58,735 bases of DNA, taken from assembly GCA_000934665.2 (NCBI GenBank), contig JYFJ02003457.1, forward strand, positions 1-58,735. Reading direction: 5' to 3'. Made by a program: the position numbers and the translations under genes. The notes below the pieces were generated by a model. That model saw only the letters and a list, made by a program, of their open reading frames with translations, was not told the origin of the DNA and made no database searches. Below are positions 1-12,096 of the stretch, one piece after another. This DNA comes from Catajapyx aquilonaris. Its lineage: Eukaryota. Position 1 is the first letter of the stretch; each line of letters begins with the position of its first letter.

Positions 1-916
1 GATCCAACTCTATGGCACCAGTAGTTATTGGAAAAATTGCGTAAGCTGCTTGTTTATAAGCATGTCGTTGCTAAGAGATGCTTTCTGGCTCTTTCTGGAG
101 AATCGGGAATAGCACCTGCTGATATTAGGTCCAATGCCCATGTAACAATATTAATGAGGGAAAAAAGGGGCATCAGTGGGAAACAGGCCTGTTCTGGTGT
201 TCGCTGGAGGGTTTCACATGAGGTCACTACAGCTGCCAAACCAGAGGCCTAATCCGTCGAAACTGGACAGACCCGGGTGTGTCAATAAAATAATAGGCCT
301 TCCGGTCTGTTCATTGTTGGCCGCAGTTGGCGCAACTGAGACAGGTCAACAGGCAACGCATTGTTTAGTTACCAGTCTTAGCACCTGCTGATATTAGGTC
401 CAATGCCCACACATGTACCAATTAATGAGAACATGCCCAATGCAGACTGTACTGTTAGAACCCTAGAAGCCATTGGGTGGCCCTCAAACAGGCCCCCTGA
501 TTAAGGCATGTCCTGGTCCTGACTCTACAAGAACTATTTATTTACTGGTAACTAAACAACGCTGCCTGTTGACCTGTCTCAGTGCGCCAACTGCGGCCAA
601 CAATGAAGAGACCAGAAGGCCTATTTATTGACACACCCGGGTCTGTCCAGTTCCGACGGATTAGGCCTCTGGTTTGGCAGCTAGTGACCTCATGTGAAAC
701 CCTCCAGCGAACACCAGAACAACCTGTTTCCCACGGATGACCCTTTTTTCCCTCATTAATTATTGTTACATGGGCATTGGACCTAATATCAGCAGGTGCT
801 ATTTCCGATTCTCCAGAAAGTAACTCTTATTGATCTCTTAGCAACGACCTGCTTATAAACAAGCAGCTTGCTGATTTTTCCAATAACTGTTGGTGCCACA
901 GAGTTGGATCACCCTG
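1..916. mobile_element. Large fold-back (palindromic) MITE, Tc1/mariner-type end, left terminus just upstream of window
   Basis: 1-~360 is the reverse complement of ~550-910 (gatccaactctatggcacca... vs ...tggtgccacagagttggatc); ends CACCCTG followed by TA. Confidence 0.85.
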
Positions 917-926
917 TATATATATA

Positions 927-1144
927 CAGGGTGTTTACTGTAACTCTGCAAAGACTTTCAGGGGTAATAGAGGGGACCAAGACAAGTATTTTTGACAGAG
1001 GAACCCGTGTCCGGAAACGCCATCTAGAGGGGGTTCATAGACAAGGAACGGGTGCGCTCAGGCGTGTCACGTGGGAGGCGCTAGGCGAGCGGACTGTTTT
1101 GTTGATAGATGGCGCTCAGATAGTAACCAACAATGCGATGTGCC
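927..1144 (+). mobile_element. Left end of a Tc1/mariner-like element truncated by an assembly gap
   Basis: TA-CAGGGTGTTT start in a TA run; sequence breaks at the N at 1145. Confidence 0.55.
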
Positions 1145-1726
1145 NCAAGCAGCTTGTTGATTTTTCCAATAACTGTTGGTGCCACAGAGTTGGATCACCC
1201 TGTATATATATAATCTTTTTTTAACTTAAAATAGTCCCATTGTGTTAATGGGTGGGAATTGTTGATGAGGTTTGGGGAAACCTGCCATACCAAAATTAGG
1301 AAGTCAAAGACAACAGTCTCGATTGCAGGATTTTTTACAAAATGCGGAAAATTCTGCAAAATTTGTCGGCCTAATTTGTGGCACTTGACTTTTTTTAAAT
1401 TATATTTTATAGTAATGCAAGGAGGTGAAAAAAACGACACCGAAACTATGTTACTCTACAGTATAAAGGTCTTGTGCTGTACAAGCTGCTTGGGTACTGT
1501 AAACCCTACCCACTCAGAAACATTTTATGTTTGGTGCTTGTAGTGCAACTGGTCATACAGCACAACCTACTTAAAGCAGGCCTAGACTTTAGCAGACCCT
1601 TTTCCATGCAGAATATGTGTTTTGGTCTCAGAATATGATTTTCAATAGGTTACTGTCACATGCAGCAGAAACTTGTTCGTTACGGAAAGTTTTATTTGAA
1701 CAGAGTGATTCCACTATACATAAGTT

Positions 1727-1812
1727 GCTTATTTTTAAGGTCTTACTCCAATCGATTTAAGGGTGACTGAAAACGCCGAATGATAGATTCATTAATTTTT
1801 CTACCTGTACCC
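1727..1812 (+). repeat. Dispersed repeat fragment (second copy ~4603-4687)
   Basis: cttatttttaagg..tccaatcgatttaagggt..tttttctacc shared between the two loci. Confidence 0.6.
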
Positions 1813-2160
1813 ATACATGTTTCACTGTAATAGTTTCAGCGATATGGGGTACATGTGCAAGAAATATGGAAGTGCCAAAGTTACTATTTATTTTCCATGG
1901 TTCAATTGATTTTAGAAAAGATTTTTATTTATTTTATTTATTTTATTTATCCTGTGGTAGAGCAGTGCTCTTTTGGGGGGAGGATTTTAGAAAAGATTAA
2001 CTCAAGAAATATCAGAAATCTGTTTGGCTCCTACTTTGCTCCTCACAAGAAGGCCCTGTTATATCAAAACAAATTAAGGGAAACTTTCTGATTAGATTTT
2101 ACTGAATATTATAAATAATAAAGAGACTTTCCCTGCACTCATGCAACATGGCAGCATATA

Positions 2161-2557
2161 CAGGGTGAAGGGAAACTCGCGTACAATCGCCAGGTAAACT
2201 TATAGTACTCGCAAAACTAATATAGGGATGTGCAATTAGTTTTTGTCTCCGTTGCGTAGTTAATGCATACGGCGCCCTTAAAGTGTAGAGAGTTGGATGG
2301 TAGAATTTGAGGCAAAAACGACAAAGTGCACAGGTGTCGTACCCGGATTCTTACTCTGACAGGATTTGATCGCTTTTTGCACATGGAAGATGTGTTAAGC
2401 CAGTTAGGGGACCAAGGCAAGGGAACGGATGGGACGTCATGAAACTTTGATTGTGCCGTACGCATTAACTATGCAACGTAGCCCAAAACTAATTTCACAT
2501 CCCAATATTAGTTTTATGAGTACTATCAGTCTACCTGGCGAGTTTCTCTTCACCCTG
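2161..2557. mobile_element. MITE family B, copy 1 (Tc1/mariner-type)
   Basis: TIR CAGGGTGAAGGGAAACTCG / CGAGTTTCTCTTCACCCTG, TA on left; homologous to 25456-25878 and 34840-35276. Confidence 0.85.
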
Positions 2558-2733
2558 TGTAGTAATGTAAATAATTGATATGCTGTATTGCTTGGGAGAT
2601 CTTGTCATTTACCCAACTTTCTTTCTGAATAACCTCGTGTTTGTGGATTTTGAGAGTAGTAGGAATCAGGGGAAAGAGAGAGCCCTGCGTAAATCTTAAG
2701 AAACATAATAATGTGTAATATGTATGATGGTTT

Positions 2734-3005
2734 ACGGGCGACATGGTGGCATAGTGGTTAGCACCGCAGCCTTCCACCTCTGAGGTCCCGAGTTCGATCC
2801 CTGGATCGGACAGAGGCTACTTATGTGAATAGAGTTTCGATGGGTTCTCTCTGTGTTCGCGGTGGTTTTCTCGGGGTTCTCCTGTTTCCTCCCGCAATCA
2901 AAATCCATCACAGCAAAGCCAATGATTAAAGACAGTTCACGAAAAAGATATCCCCGAAGAGGCCCAAGGAGGCCTATGACGGGGTATCCATTATTATTAT
3001 ATTAT
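2734..3005 (+). mobile_element. tRNA-derived SINE family 1, copy 1
   Basis: A box TGGCATAGTGG, B box GTTCGATCC, (TTA)n tail, 15-bp TSD tatgtatgatggttt/tatgtgtgatggttt (2719-2733, 3006-3020). Confidence 0.85.
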
Positions 3006-3081
3006 TATGTGTGATGGTTTGTCATGTTACAGAAAATTGTTGCATACCTATATTTCTACTTTCTAAAAACATTTGGTATGA

Positions 3082-3273
<192 letters not shown>

Positions 3274-3307
3274 TGAACAAATGCTAATGTCAATTTATCC
3301 TATACAG

Positions 3308-3680
3308 GTGATTCATGTGGATAAAAGGCGTCAGCGACTGCTCAAGAGTGGCGAGTGTGACATTTGCCACAGGCATTTTTCTGACAAGCGCATGCTGCGG
3401 GTACACAAAGACACAGTTCACAACAAGTTACGTCCATATCTCTGTAGCTATTGTGGATATGCTGCATCATGCAGAAGTACTTTAAAAATGCACGTTAGGC
3501 AGCACACGGGCGAGAAGCCATTTCAATGTGACATGTGTGACTACCGCACCTCAGACCACAACTCTCTCCGCCGGCACAAGATGAGGCACTCAGGGGAGAA
3601 GCCCTACAAATGCCCCTACTGCACTTATGCTTGTATTCAATCAAGTACCTACAAGACACATCTTAAGAACAAACATCCGG
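3308..3680 (+). CDS. Zinc-finger gene exon, four C2H2 fingers
   Basis: tatacag acceptor; VIH completes the previous finger; donor G|GTGAGT, phase 1. Confidence 0.92.
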
Positions 3681-3757
3681 GTGAGTTATTGATTCCATAA
3701 TCACGATTTTAATGTATTAGGCATCTTAAATTTATCAATTTAAATATGATATTGCAG

Positions 3758-4278
3758 GACAAGATGAAGGGTTAATGTTTAGCTGCAGCCTGTGCACATT
3801 TCGGACCATCAAGCGTGAAAACTGGGTTACCCATGTTGCTGATCACAAATCTGAAGATACAATTCCAGTGTCCAAAAAGTCGAAAAATAACCAACGAACT
3901 GGAGCAACTAAACCCACATCCAAACCAGTTTCTGAACCTGTTGTACCCCAAGGCCCAATTATAGTGAACTTGGCTTCCGCCATCCCAATTTCTGCTGCTG
4001 CTACATCGGCAACACAGACAACTAGTACAATGCTGCAGCAAAATGCAATGTCATTAATTGACTCAGTTCAGGCAGTTTTGCCACCTGGAATTGGCACTGT
4101 CCAGTTCATGTGCAGCTCAGCTGTGGACAACATGATTCAGAGTTTTACAAATTCAAGTGATCATCGTTACCCAATATTGTCATCAAGGTTGAAGTTGTCA
4201 TCCATTCCATCTCAGCCACAGATGCTGGTAGTCAATGACAATTCCAGGTCATCTGATGTTGAGTCTGAGCACGTGCAG
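3758..4278 (+). CDS. Zinc-finger gene exon (last finger CSLC..H..H plus low-complexity region)
   Basis: ttgcag acceptor in phase 1 (G-QDEGLMFSCSLC); donor CAG|GTTAGT at 4279. Confidence 0.8.
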
Positions 4279-4348
4279 GTTAGTTCAATTTCTTCACCAC
4301 CCATACTCATCAGAAGAATGGTAGTTGATTTGACTACATTGTCAGCAG

Positions 4349-4471
4349 GTCACACCAGATTTGCCAGACATGTTGCCATCAGAGGTACGAGCAAGAGAGA
4401 ATCGTCTTCCTAATGGTCCAGTGACAGCCAATGTTAGAGCAAGAACTATGGAGAGTGTTACTATACTGCAG
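4349..4471 (+). CDS. Zinc-finger gene exon (VTPDLPDMLPSEVRARENRLPNGPVTANVRARTMESVTILQ)
   Basis: CAGCAG acceptor, 123 nt open in phase 0, donor CAG|GTACAG; not in ORF track. Confidence 0.65.
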
Positions 4472-5046
4472 GTACAGTTTAAAGCTTCAGGTCTGAGGCA
4501 TTTTCTGGCTTAAATTTTTTGGGCACCTCACAATTTTATGTTTTTGTTGCAACATGTGTATATGCCTAGTGTTCCAATTTAAAAGTGTTTTAGTTAGTGA
4601 TCACTTATTTTTAAGGTGTTAATCCAATCGATTTAAGGGTTAAACGCTGAATTATTATTTATTCATTTAATTTTTCTACCCTGTACTCAACCCTTTGGCT
4701 TGTTTGGGGGGACATACTCTGTACCCCCTCCCTGCGTGAATGAGGCAGGGAGGTTAAATAAATGAAACATACTCTGTACCTACGTGCAATTCCATTATTG
4801 TTATTAATTGTAATAACAATTTTCAAATGCAGATTTTCACAATGCCCAAATAAATGGAACAAAACTGGGTTTCACTGCTTCATCTGACATAAGAGTGACT
4901 TCCACTACAAAGCCAATATTGGAAGCTAATGCTTTCAATAACCACTAAAAGTAACTGCTAAAAATAAGCAGTACAGTGATAAAATACTGCTAACCACTAA
5001 GGTCATTCAATTAGAACACCATCTATATTCATGGATTGGTTAATTA

Positions 5047-5391
5047 CACTGGGTCTTTCTTATTAGTAGGTCATCCCACTGGCAGCATATTCCTTGGGCC
5101 AAAACAAGTCGAAAATGTAGGGGGGAGAAATAGCAAGAGACCAACCTGCACTGAGGTAGACGACCAGAAACATTAGCGAATAGTTGTCAAAGGCATGATA
5201 TGAGTGGTGATAATCACTTCTGCAAAAGAGGTGATCTCACATATCCCGATTGTCACGCTGATATCCTGCTCCCTAGTCAACCACTAGCCAATGATTTTGG
5301 TCATCTACCTTGTTGTAGGTTGTTCCCTTGACATTTCTCCCCCAGGCTACATTTTTTGACTTGTTTTGGCCCAAGGAATACACTGACAGCG
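5047..5391. mobile_element. MITE family A, degenerate copy, followed by a SINE1 head fragment (~5397-5431)
   Basis: attccttgggccaaaacaagtcgaaaatgtaggggggagaaa and its reverse complement at ~5330-5380. Confidence 0.75.
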
Positions 5392-6133
5392 TGGCAGGCG
5401 GCACGGTGGCGGAGTGGTTAGCTCCACAACCAGCTAGTATCAGATAACTGGAGAGTATTTGTTCAAAAATGACAGGGTAATAATAAGCAGCCTAGTTCCA
5501 AAAATTTGCTCTTGGAAAGGATCACCTCTATTGAAACACTGAGTAGGCTATATGCAGAGAGTTTCATTGTGATTCTGAAAAACTTCTAGATGATATTGGG
5601 CACCAGAGTATATCACTGTATGCAGAAGTACGTTAGGCACTGAAGCTTCATTAGGGGTAATTGGCATTAATCAAAGAGTGCATGATGCAATTGCCAATGC
5701 TGCAGGTACAGCAGTGACATTTACATTGCCTTATCCACTACCTATTACGCCTAAATGAGATCAGAGTTTTTGTTGAAGTTGCTGGTCTCATCCAAATATT
5801 TAATTGAAAAGGCCATTATATCTTTGTAACAGTGCTTCTCAGACCAAATGACATCTTTGCGTGAAGTGAGCCTCTATTACCCTGGAGGTCATGCTATAAG
5901 TTTGTTACACACACACACTGTACAGGATGGTACTCTGCCTAAGTCCACAGTTCAAGATGGTACTGGTGAATAAGCTATGGATTATTATTTTTTAGCTCTG
6001 CAACCTGATAAAGAAAGGCTACAACAATCACAGCAAGTAAAAATAGGCCTGATTGTTGCTTCCAATGGGTTGATATTTTTAACTGGTTGCTGGGGGAAAC
6101 AGTCCATGACTTACTAACCTAGTCCTCTATTAA

Positions 6134-7166
6134 CCCTCAGAGCCCAGCAAGTAAATGGCAGATACTACCAAGAAAGGCGGGCAAGCCTTTTCATGAGTTT
6201 TTTTTAGCTTTTTAGTAAACTCCTTGTGACCCCAAAAACACTGTCACAATAAAATATTATACAGGGTGTTTGTTACTAGTCCAGCCAACGGCCGTCAGCG
6301 TATTCCTTGAGCCAAAAGAAGTCGGAAATGTAGGGGGGAGAAATGTCGAGGTAGCAACCGTTAAAATAACCTTGACCAGAAACATTGGTCAGTGGTTGCC
6401 GAAGGAGCAAGATATGAGCGTGAATATCGCGAATGTTGGGATTTTCAAGGTCACCTCTTTCACAGAAGTGATTATCGCCGATCATATCATGCAACTTCGG
6501 CAACCACCGACCAATGTTTCTGGTTGTGTACCTCGTTAACGGTTGGTCCCTCAACATTTCTCCCCCTTACATTTTCAACTTGTTTTGTCCTAAGGAATAC
6601 GCTGGCGGCTGTTGGCTGGACTAGCTAGAAACACACTGTATAGGAAAGTTATACATCAATGTTTAAGCTTAATGAAAGCAATATTGAAACCCATATTTCT
6701 CAAGTCAAAAATCATCAAAACCAAATATCTCTTTAGTGATAGTGTATGCCCCTAATTTACTAATTCAATCAATAAATATGACATGATTGAAACATTTTGG
6801 CATAATAACCAACCCGACCCAACCAGTACACCTGCACTGCTTTGAAAGTAGGGGAAGGAAGCTCTTGCCTACCCAGGCGGCAACCATATGCCTGGCGCAC
6901 GGCCAAGTGGGAAAGTCACAGACATACTGCCCTCTGTTGTTTCAAAAAATAACCTTGTTTTGAAAGAAGGTGGACACAATTTTGGCAGGTCAGAGTCTGA
7001 CACATGTTGCCCTCTGTTGTTAGAAATAATAACGATGCCTACATTTCATCTGGAAGCACGTGGTGTTGATCTAAACATTCTAAAGTCACACAAGCGACAT
7101 ATCGGTGTGCCTGCTTTCTCGCACGTCTACCCTGAACCGACGTATCTGTTTGCTGGTCTGTGAGGG
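6134..7166. mobile_element. piggyBac-like non-autonomous element
   Basis: TTAA-CCCTCAGAGCCCAGCAA ... TTGCTGGTCTGTGAGGG-TTAA; TTAA on both sides; hosts MITE A at 6262-6638. Confidence 0.75.
6262..6638. mobile_element. MITE family A
   Basis: TA-CAGGGTGTTT..ACTAGTCCAGCCAAC, ~110-bp inverted arms, TA on both sides. Confidence 0.9.
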
Positions 7167-7506
7167 TTAAACTGGAGACTTGACAGTGCACCACTTTGTA
7201 TGTGATTTTTAGACAGGGTGTTTTTTACTAACCTTAAGATCTTGCTGCGAGGTAATCATTGGTTCAATACTAGTCAAAAGTGTAGGGGTGAGAAATGTCA
7301 AGTGACCAACATGTAATAAAGTAGGCGCCCAGATACATTGGCCTTTCTGCTAAACACAAGCAACAACTCGCATTGCAGCCAAAAGCAGGCAGAATATCCT
7401 GTAAATTTGCAAGGATTGCCTAGGGAGCTGGATATGATTGTGATGAAGGTTACTGTGTTTTAGGTGCGAGATCACCTCTGACACAGTAATCATTTGAACA
7501 CACTCT

Positions 7507-9147
7507 CAAGGGAATGACCAAAGGTGGTCTCCTCCAATTTGGCTGAAACTTGCATAAGGGGTCAATGATGTGCCACAAACACAGTGCACAGTGCGGCAGA
7601 ATCGGAAAACAGCAAGTCCCCAGCTAAATTGTGACCTGGAAAGTGCACGAATTTTCGAAATTGTCATTCAAGGAGCACATTTTGATAGAATGTGCACGTG
7701 AATGAGTCATTGGAGAACATGGCGGCCGTGAATCCAATATATCTATAGAGAACCGTAGTAAAACATCAGCCTAAATCATCCCAAGACAATTTTATTCGGT
7801 CAAGGAAGCCATTGAAAATAAATGTGTCCTCTACATAAAATGACCGAAAATTGTTATTTTAAAAATGGCGGCCATGAATCCAATATATGTACAGAGACCC
7901 CTACTAAAACTTTCAACCCAAATCATTCCAAGTCAATTTTGTTTGGTCTAGGAAGGTATTCAAAACGAATGTGTCCTCTACATGAAACGGCGGGAAAATG
8001 TGATTTTAAAAATGGTGACCGTTCACAGTTATATCTGGCGTGGAGCAAACTGCCATATTTTTAAAAGAACAATTTTCAGTCATTTTATGTAGAGGACACA
8101 TTTATTTTCAATGGCTTCCTTGACCGAATAAAATTGTCTTCGGATGATTTCAGCTGTATGTTTTACTATGGCTCTCTATACATATATTGGATTCACGGCC
8201 GCCATGTTCTTCCAATGATTCATTCACATGCACATTCTATCAAAATGTGCTCCTTGAATGGCAATTTCGAAAATTCATGCACTTCCCAGGTCACAATCGA
8301 ACCGCACATCTTGTGTCATCTTTTTTGGATGCAGATCCATAATCATAGCCAAGAGCAAAGATACATTGTTTTTCCTTACGTGCAAATATGTGCAATACTT
8401 TTTGCCTGAGCAAGCTCAAGCATAACATTGGCTATCACCCACTGACCAAAAAGGTGCGAAGAGAGGCGGCGAGGCCTAACTTTGTGTGAAAATGTCACTT
8501 TTAAATTATCGCTATCTTCTGAATTTTTGGTGCCTTTATAATGGACAATTTAAAAATATCATAATATTGGACAGAAGGAGCACACAATACTCCATGTTGT
8601 CACATATGTTTCTTTACTTTCCCTATTGCACTTTTCGGAATCAATGAAATATTATTTCGTGCTACTTTTGCCTGCGATACAGGAAGCGTAAAATCTCCCA
8701 CTTTTGACACGTTATTGTGACGTAACAAAGGAACCCACGTCGAAAATATTCGGCAGTTTGATAGGTAGGACATTTTCAATTGTGATAAGATCCTCCTTTA
8801 TTATTGCAAAGAAAGTTCACATTTTTCATTCTTGGTCATCTTTTTCCGATTCTGCCGCACTGTGCAATGGTGAAAGTCCTAAATTTAGTTGTTCAGCCGT
8901 TTCCGCGATATGAGTGACAGAACATCTGAATTTTGGCTCCACGTGCAGGGGTCGGGCGAGAAAGGGACAAGTGCAAGGCCTGGCATGACCCCTATACCCC
9001 TATTCGCACGGATGTTCTGCAGCTCGTATCTCGGAAACAGCTGAACAACTAAATTTAGGACTTTCACCACTGTGTTTACGGCACATGATTGACCCCTCAA
9101 ATGAGTTTCAGCCAAATCGGAGGGGGACCGGTTTGGTCATTCCCTTG
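7507..9147. mobile_element. Unclassified TIR MITE (CAAGGGAATGACCAAA ends) hosting a Transib-like insert
   Basis: 16-bp perfect terminal inverted repeat; arms resume after the insert (8870-8910 vs 9030-9070). Confidence 0.75.
7587..8864. mobile_element. Transib-like non-autonomous DNA transposon
   Basis: 23-bp perfect TIR CACAGTGCGGCAGAATCGGAAAA; 5-bp TSD CAGTG/CAATG; empty site preserved in the opposite arm of the host. Confidence 0.85.
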
Positions 9148-9416
9148 TCAGTTCTGCTCCCTACAGGCAACCACTGCTTGTTCACTGGCTGTTATGCCTG
9201 AATTTTATGCATTGTGGGATATGGCCTATTTCTAGGGAAGGACATATGCATTGGGTTGTCTATATCAGTACTGGTTGGTCCCTCAACATTTTTCATCCTT
9301 ACATTTTAGACTTGTATTGAGCCAATGATTATGCTGGCAGCGGGATCTTAGACTAGACCTTGAGTTTAGCCTGAGAGGCTTTTCCAAGCTTGGGTTTTCA
9401 TTCTGAGATAATAATA

Positions 9417-9762
9417 CAGGGTGTTTCTAACTAGTCCAGCCAATGGCCGTTGCGTATTCCTTGGGCCAAAACAAGTCGAAAATGTAGGGGGGAGAAATGT
9501 CGAGGGACCAACTGTTAAAGAGGTAGATGACCAGAAACATTGGTTGGTGCCGAATGGTGATAATCACTTCTGTGACAGAGGTGACCTTGCAAATCCCATT
9601 TTCATGCTCATATCCTGCTCCTTTGGCAACCATTGACCAATGTTTCTGACCAAGGTCATTTTAACGGTTGCTCCCTCGTCATTTCTCCCCCTACATTTCC
9701 GACTTCTTTTGGCTCAAGGAATACACTGATGGCCGTTGGCTGGCCTAGTAACAAACACCCTG
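9417..9762. mobile_element. MITE family A (opposite orientation to 6262 copy)
   Basis: Same TIRs, TA on both sides. Confidence 0.9.
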
Positions 9763-9786
9763 TATGATGCCTTGGTAGGTCTGTAA

Positions 9787-10104
9787 AGCTGCATTTACTG
9801 TACATGTCGGCGATTTGATTGGCAATGGCATCGACCGTGAGTTGTAGCAGTTCTGAAGATATGATGCAAGCGACAGCGCTTATACATCGCCTGTAGCCAC
9901 TACATACCAACAGTACAGTACAGTAACTGTACTGTTGGCATGCTGCGGCGATGTCATCGCCATCGTCTATTTCAAACAGACCTGAGTGATGTCATTGCCG
10001 ATGCCCTCCTTTCTTAAACGCCATTGCTACTTTCAGCCCAAGTCACTGCTTTCATGGCTCAGCGATGACATCGCCAATCAAATCCCCCACATGTAAATGT
10101 AGCT
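9787..10104. mobile_element. PIF/Harbinger (Tourist-like) MITE
   Basis: TAA TSD on both sides; TIR AGCTGCATTTAC / GTAAATGTAGCT; central palindrome ~9907-9938. Confidence 0.7.
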
Positions 10105-10288
10105 TAAGGCTGATTGATAGTTTTTACATATTGAAAGACACTTGCTGTTTTCATATTTCCCTTAAATTCTATTTGGAACCTGCATATTTGTAACTTTTAC
10201 CTTTACGACATGATGTTGTGCTTTAAAAAAAATGTTCTTGTCATAGCTGGAAAAGGGTACTCATGTAAATCTGGATTTTTCTTTTAAG

Positions 10289-10423
10289 ATGGAAGAAATG
10301 GTCCCAACTACCGAAGTGGAAGAAATTACTGGAGATGTAGAAGGATCGGCAATTCGTGAGCTGAACTGTGACACCCAGGATCTCAAATTCAAGGTTGCAG
10401 ATGAGGGAGAGGCCACCACCTAA
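10289..10423 (+). CDS. Zinc-finger gene terminal coding exon (MEEMVPTTEVEEITGDVEGSAIRELNCDTQDLKFKVADEGEATT*)
   Basis: Strong acceptor tttttcttttaag, phase 0 matches the 4471 donor, 44 aa acidic ORF ending TAA. Confidence 0.65.
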   Translation: MEEMVPTTEVEEITGDVEGSAIRELNCDTQDLKFKVADEGEATT

Positions 10424-12096
10424 ATATACATCCGCTACAAATATATATTTACGAGATGCTTTTATTCCGTACAGTACCTGATATTTGTCTAAAGAGACAT
10501 TTAGAACTGGATGAAAGTATGTGATGAAGTGTTTTGTTCACTCAGGACTCGCGTATGACAAATTAATGTCAGGGATTCCTTATTTCTTTTTTCTTTTTTC
10601 GTTATGGAAAAATCATGTCTCCTTTATCTCCTCTTTCCATATTTTTCACGACTTCATGGTTCTATGCAACCACGAGTGCTTTCAGGCACCAAGTAGAATG
10701 ACTTAACCATTGTGAAGGGATGTAAGAGGAGAGAAATATTTGTGCATCTCTTGCTCAAAGGCTAATTGCAGAAGAGAGTGCCTTTTAATTGCCAGATGAC
10801 AGGATTAATTCCAGTGTTGGTAAGCTGCTTGATTGGAATCATGGCACCTAAGTTTTTGCTATTAGTATATTCAGAATGGGCCAAAAGTTTTAGGATGAGG
10901 TGGAATATGGAAATTTATAAACGGGTATGTTGTAAGAAAAGTAATTATCTGGATAATTCAATAATTAATTTGTGTGCAGTTATACATGTTAGGCTCAAAC
11001 ACCAGAGATGGTCATTGACAAAAAAAAAAAAGATACCTTTTTGTGAAATGATTGTTTTCACAGCAGCCAGAATGTGAAATTGCCTTTTGAAAACAATTAC
11101 AAGTCTTTCTGGACTAAATGAAAATGCCAGGACACGAATTTTGTGTCATGACTAGTTGTGATTTCCCACTCCGCAAAGTGGCAGGCTTTTCCGTAAGATT
11201 ATCATTTTATGGGACCACTTGTCCCCAGTGAGCGGTGGAATGGGGGATCTGATAGGAGGGAATGGCAAAACTGAAAGGAGGAAATGAGAGGGCAGACTAG
11301 ACCATGCGAGTGGATGGGTGTGTCTGTTTCTTGTCTTCTCAATGCAAATGAATAAGGGGCACTCTAGAAATGTCTTAATATTGGTTTTCTCTAAGTAACT
11401 TTTAATGGGGAAAGTCACAGGCACATCAGATTTGACCGCCTATTTGTGTTGGGTGACCTTGGAGTAACCTGATCAGTACTGTCTTTTGTTGTGGCCTTGT
11501 CATGCGTGGTATGTGACATAGCCCAATGATTTTAATTCATTGCCAGCCTAGCCATGAATTGCCACAATGGGTTATGGGTGTTTTCTGAACCAGCCATGAC
11601 ACACAGTTCACGCACTGGAGTTTTCTTTTTGACTAAAAGAAAATGCCACGATGCTTTTATTTTTTTAAATTTTTTTTAATTTAAATTTTTTTTTGCTCAA
11701 TTAGCATTTTTAGTGTTTGAGCCTAACATAATTAAGTGGAGGAATCAACCTTACCAACCAACTTAGAAAGATGGTACTTTACACTCAAACCAAATGTCCC
11801 CTACCAGAAGTATATTTAAATTTTCCACACACAGATTGCAATTTCAACAATTGTTCAATTACTGATGATGGTGAATTGTCACCACCACTGCCTGAAAGTG
11901 ATTTTGGCCTCTGTGAAACGTATCTGATAAAAATGGTGGAGGTGACATGTCACGTGATCAAATCTATGACGGGAATGGTCACAGTGGCAGAGTACAGGTA
12001 TCACATCATTAAAAATGTTGCTGAGGTGGCACTTAGTATTATTGCACATTTATAGAGCAATATATATTTTTCCTTTAGTTAAATTAGGACTTAATA

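Larger units (their letters stand above)
7214..9357. mobile_element. Family A-related MITE split by nested insertions
   Basis: Left arm 7214-7345 is complementary to right arm ~9250-9357 (aatcattggttcaatac / gtattgagccaatgatt). Confidence 0.6.
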
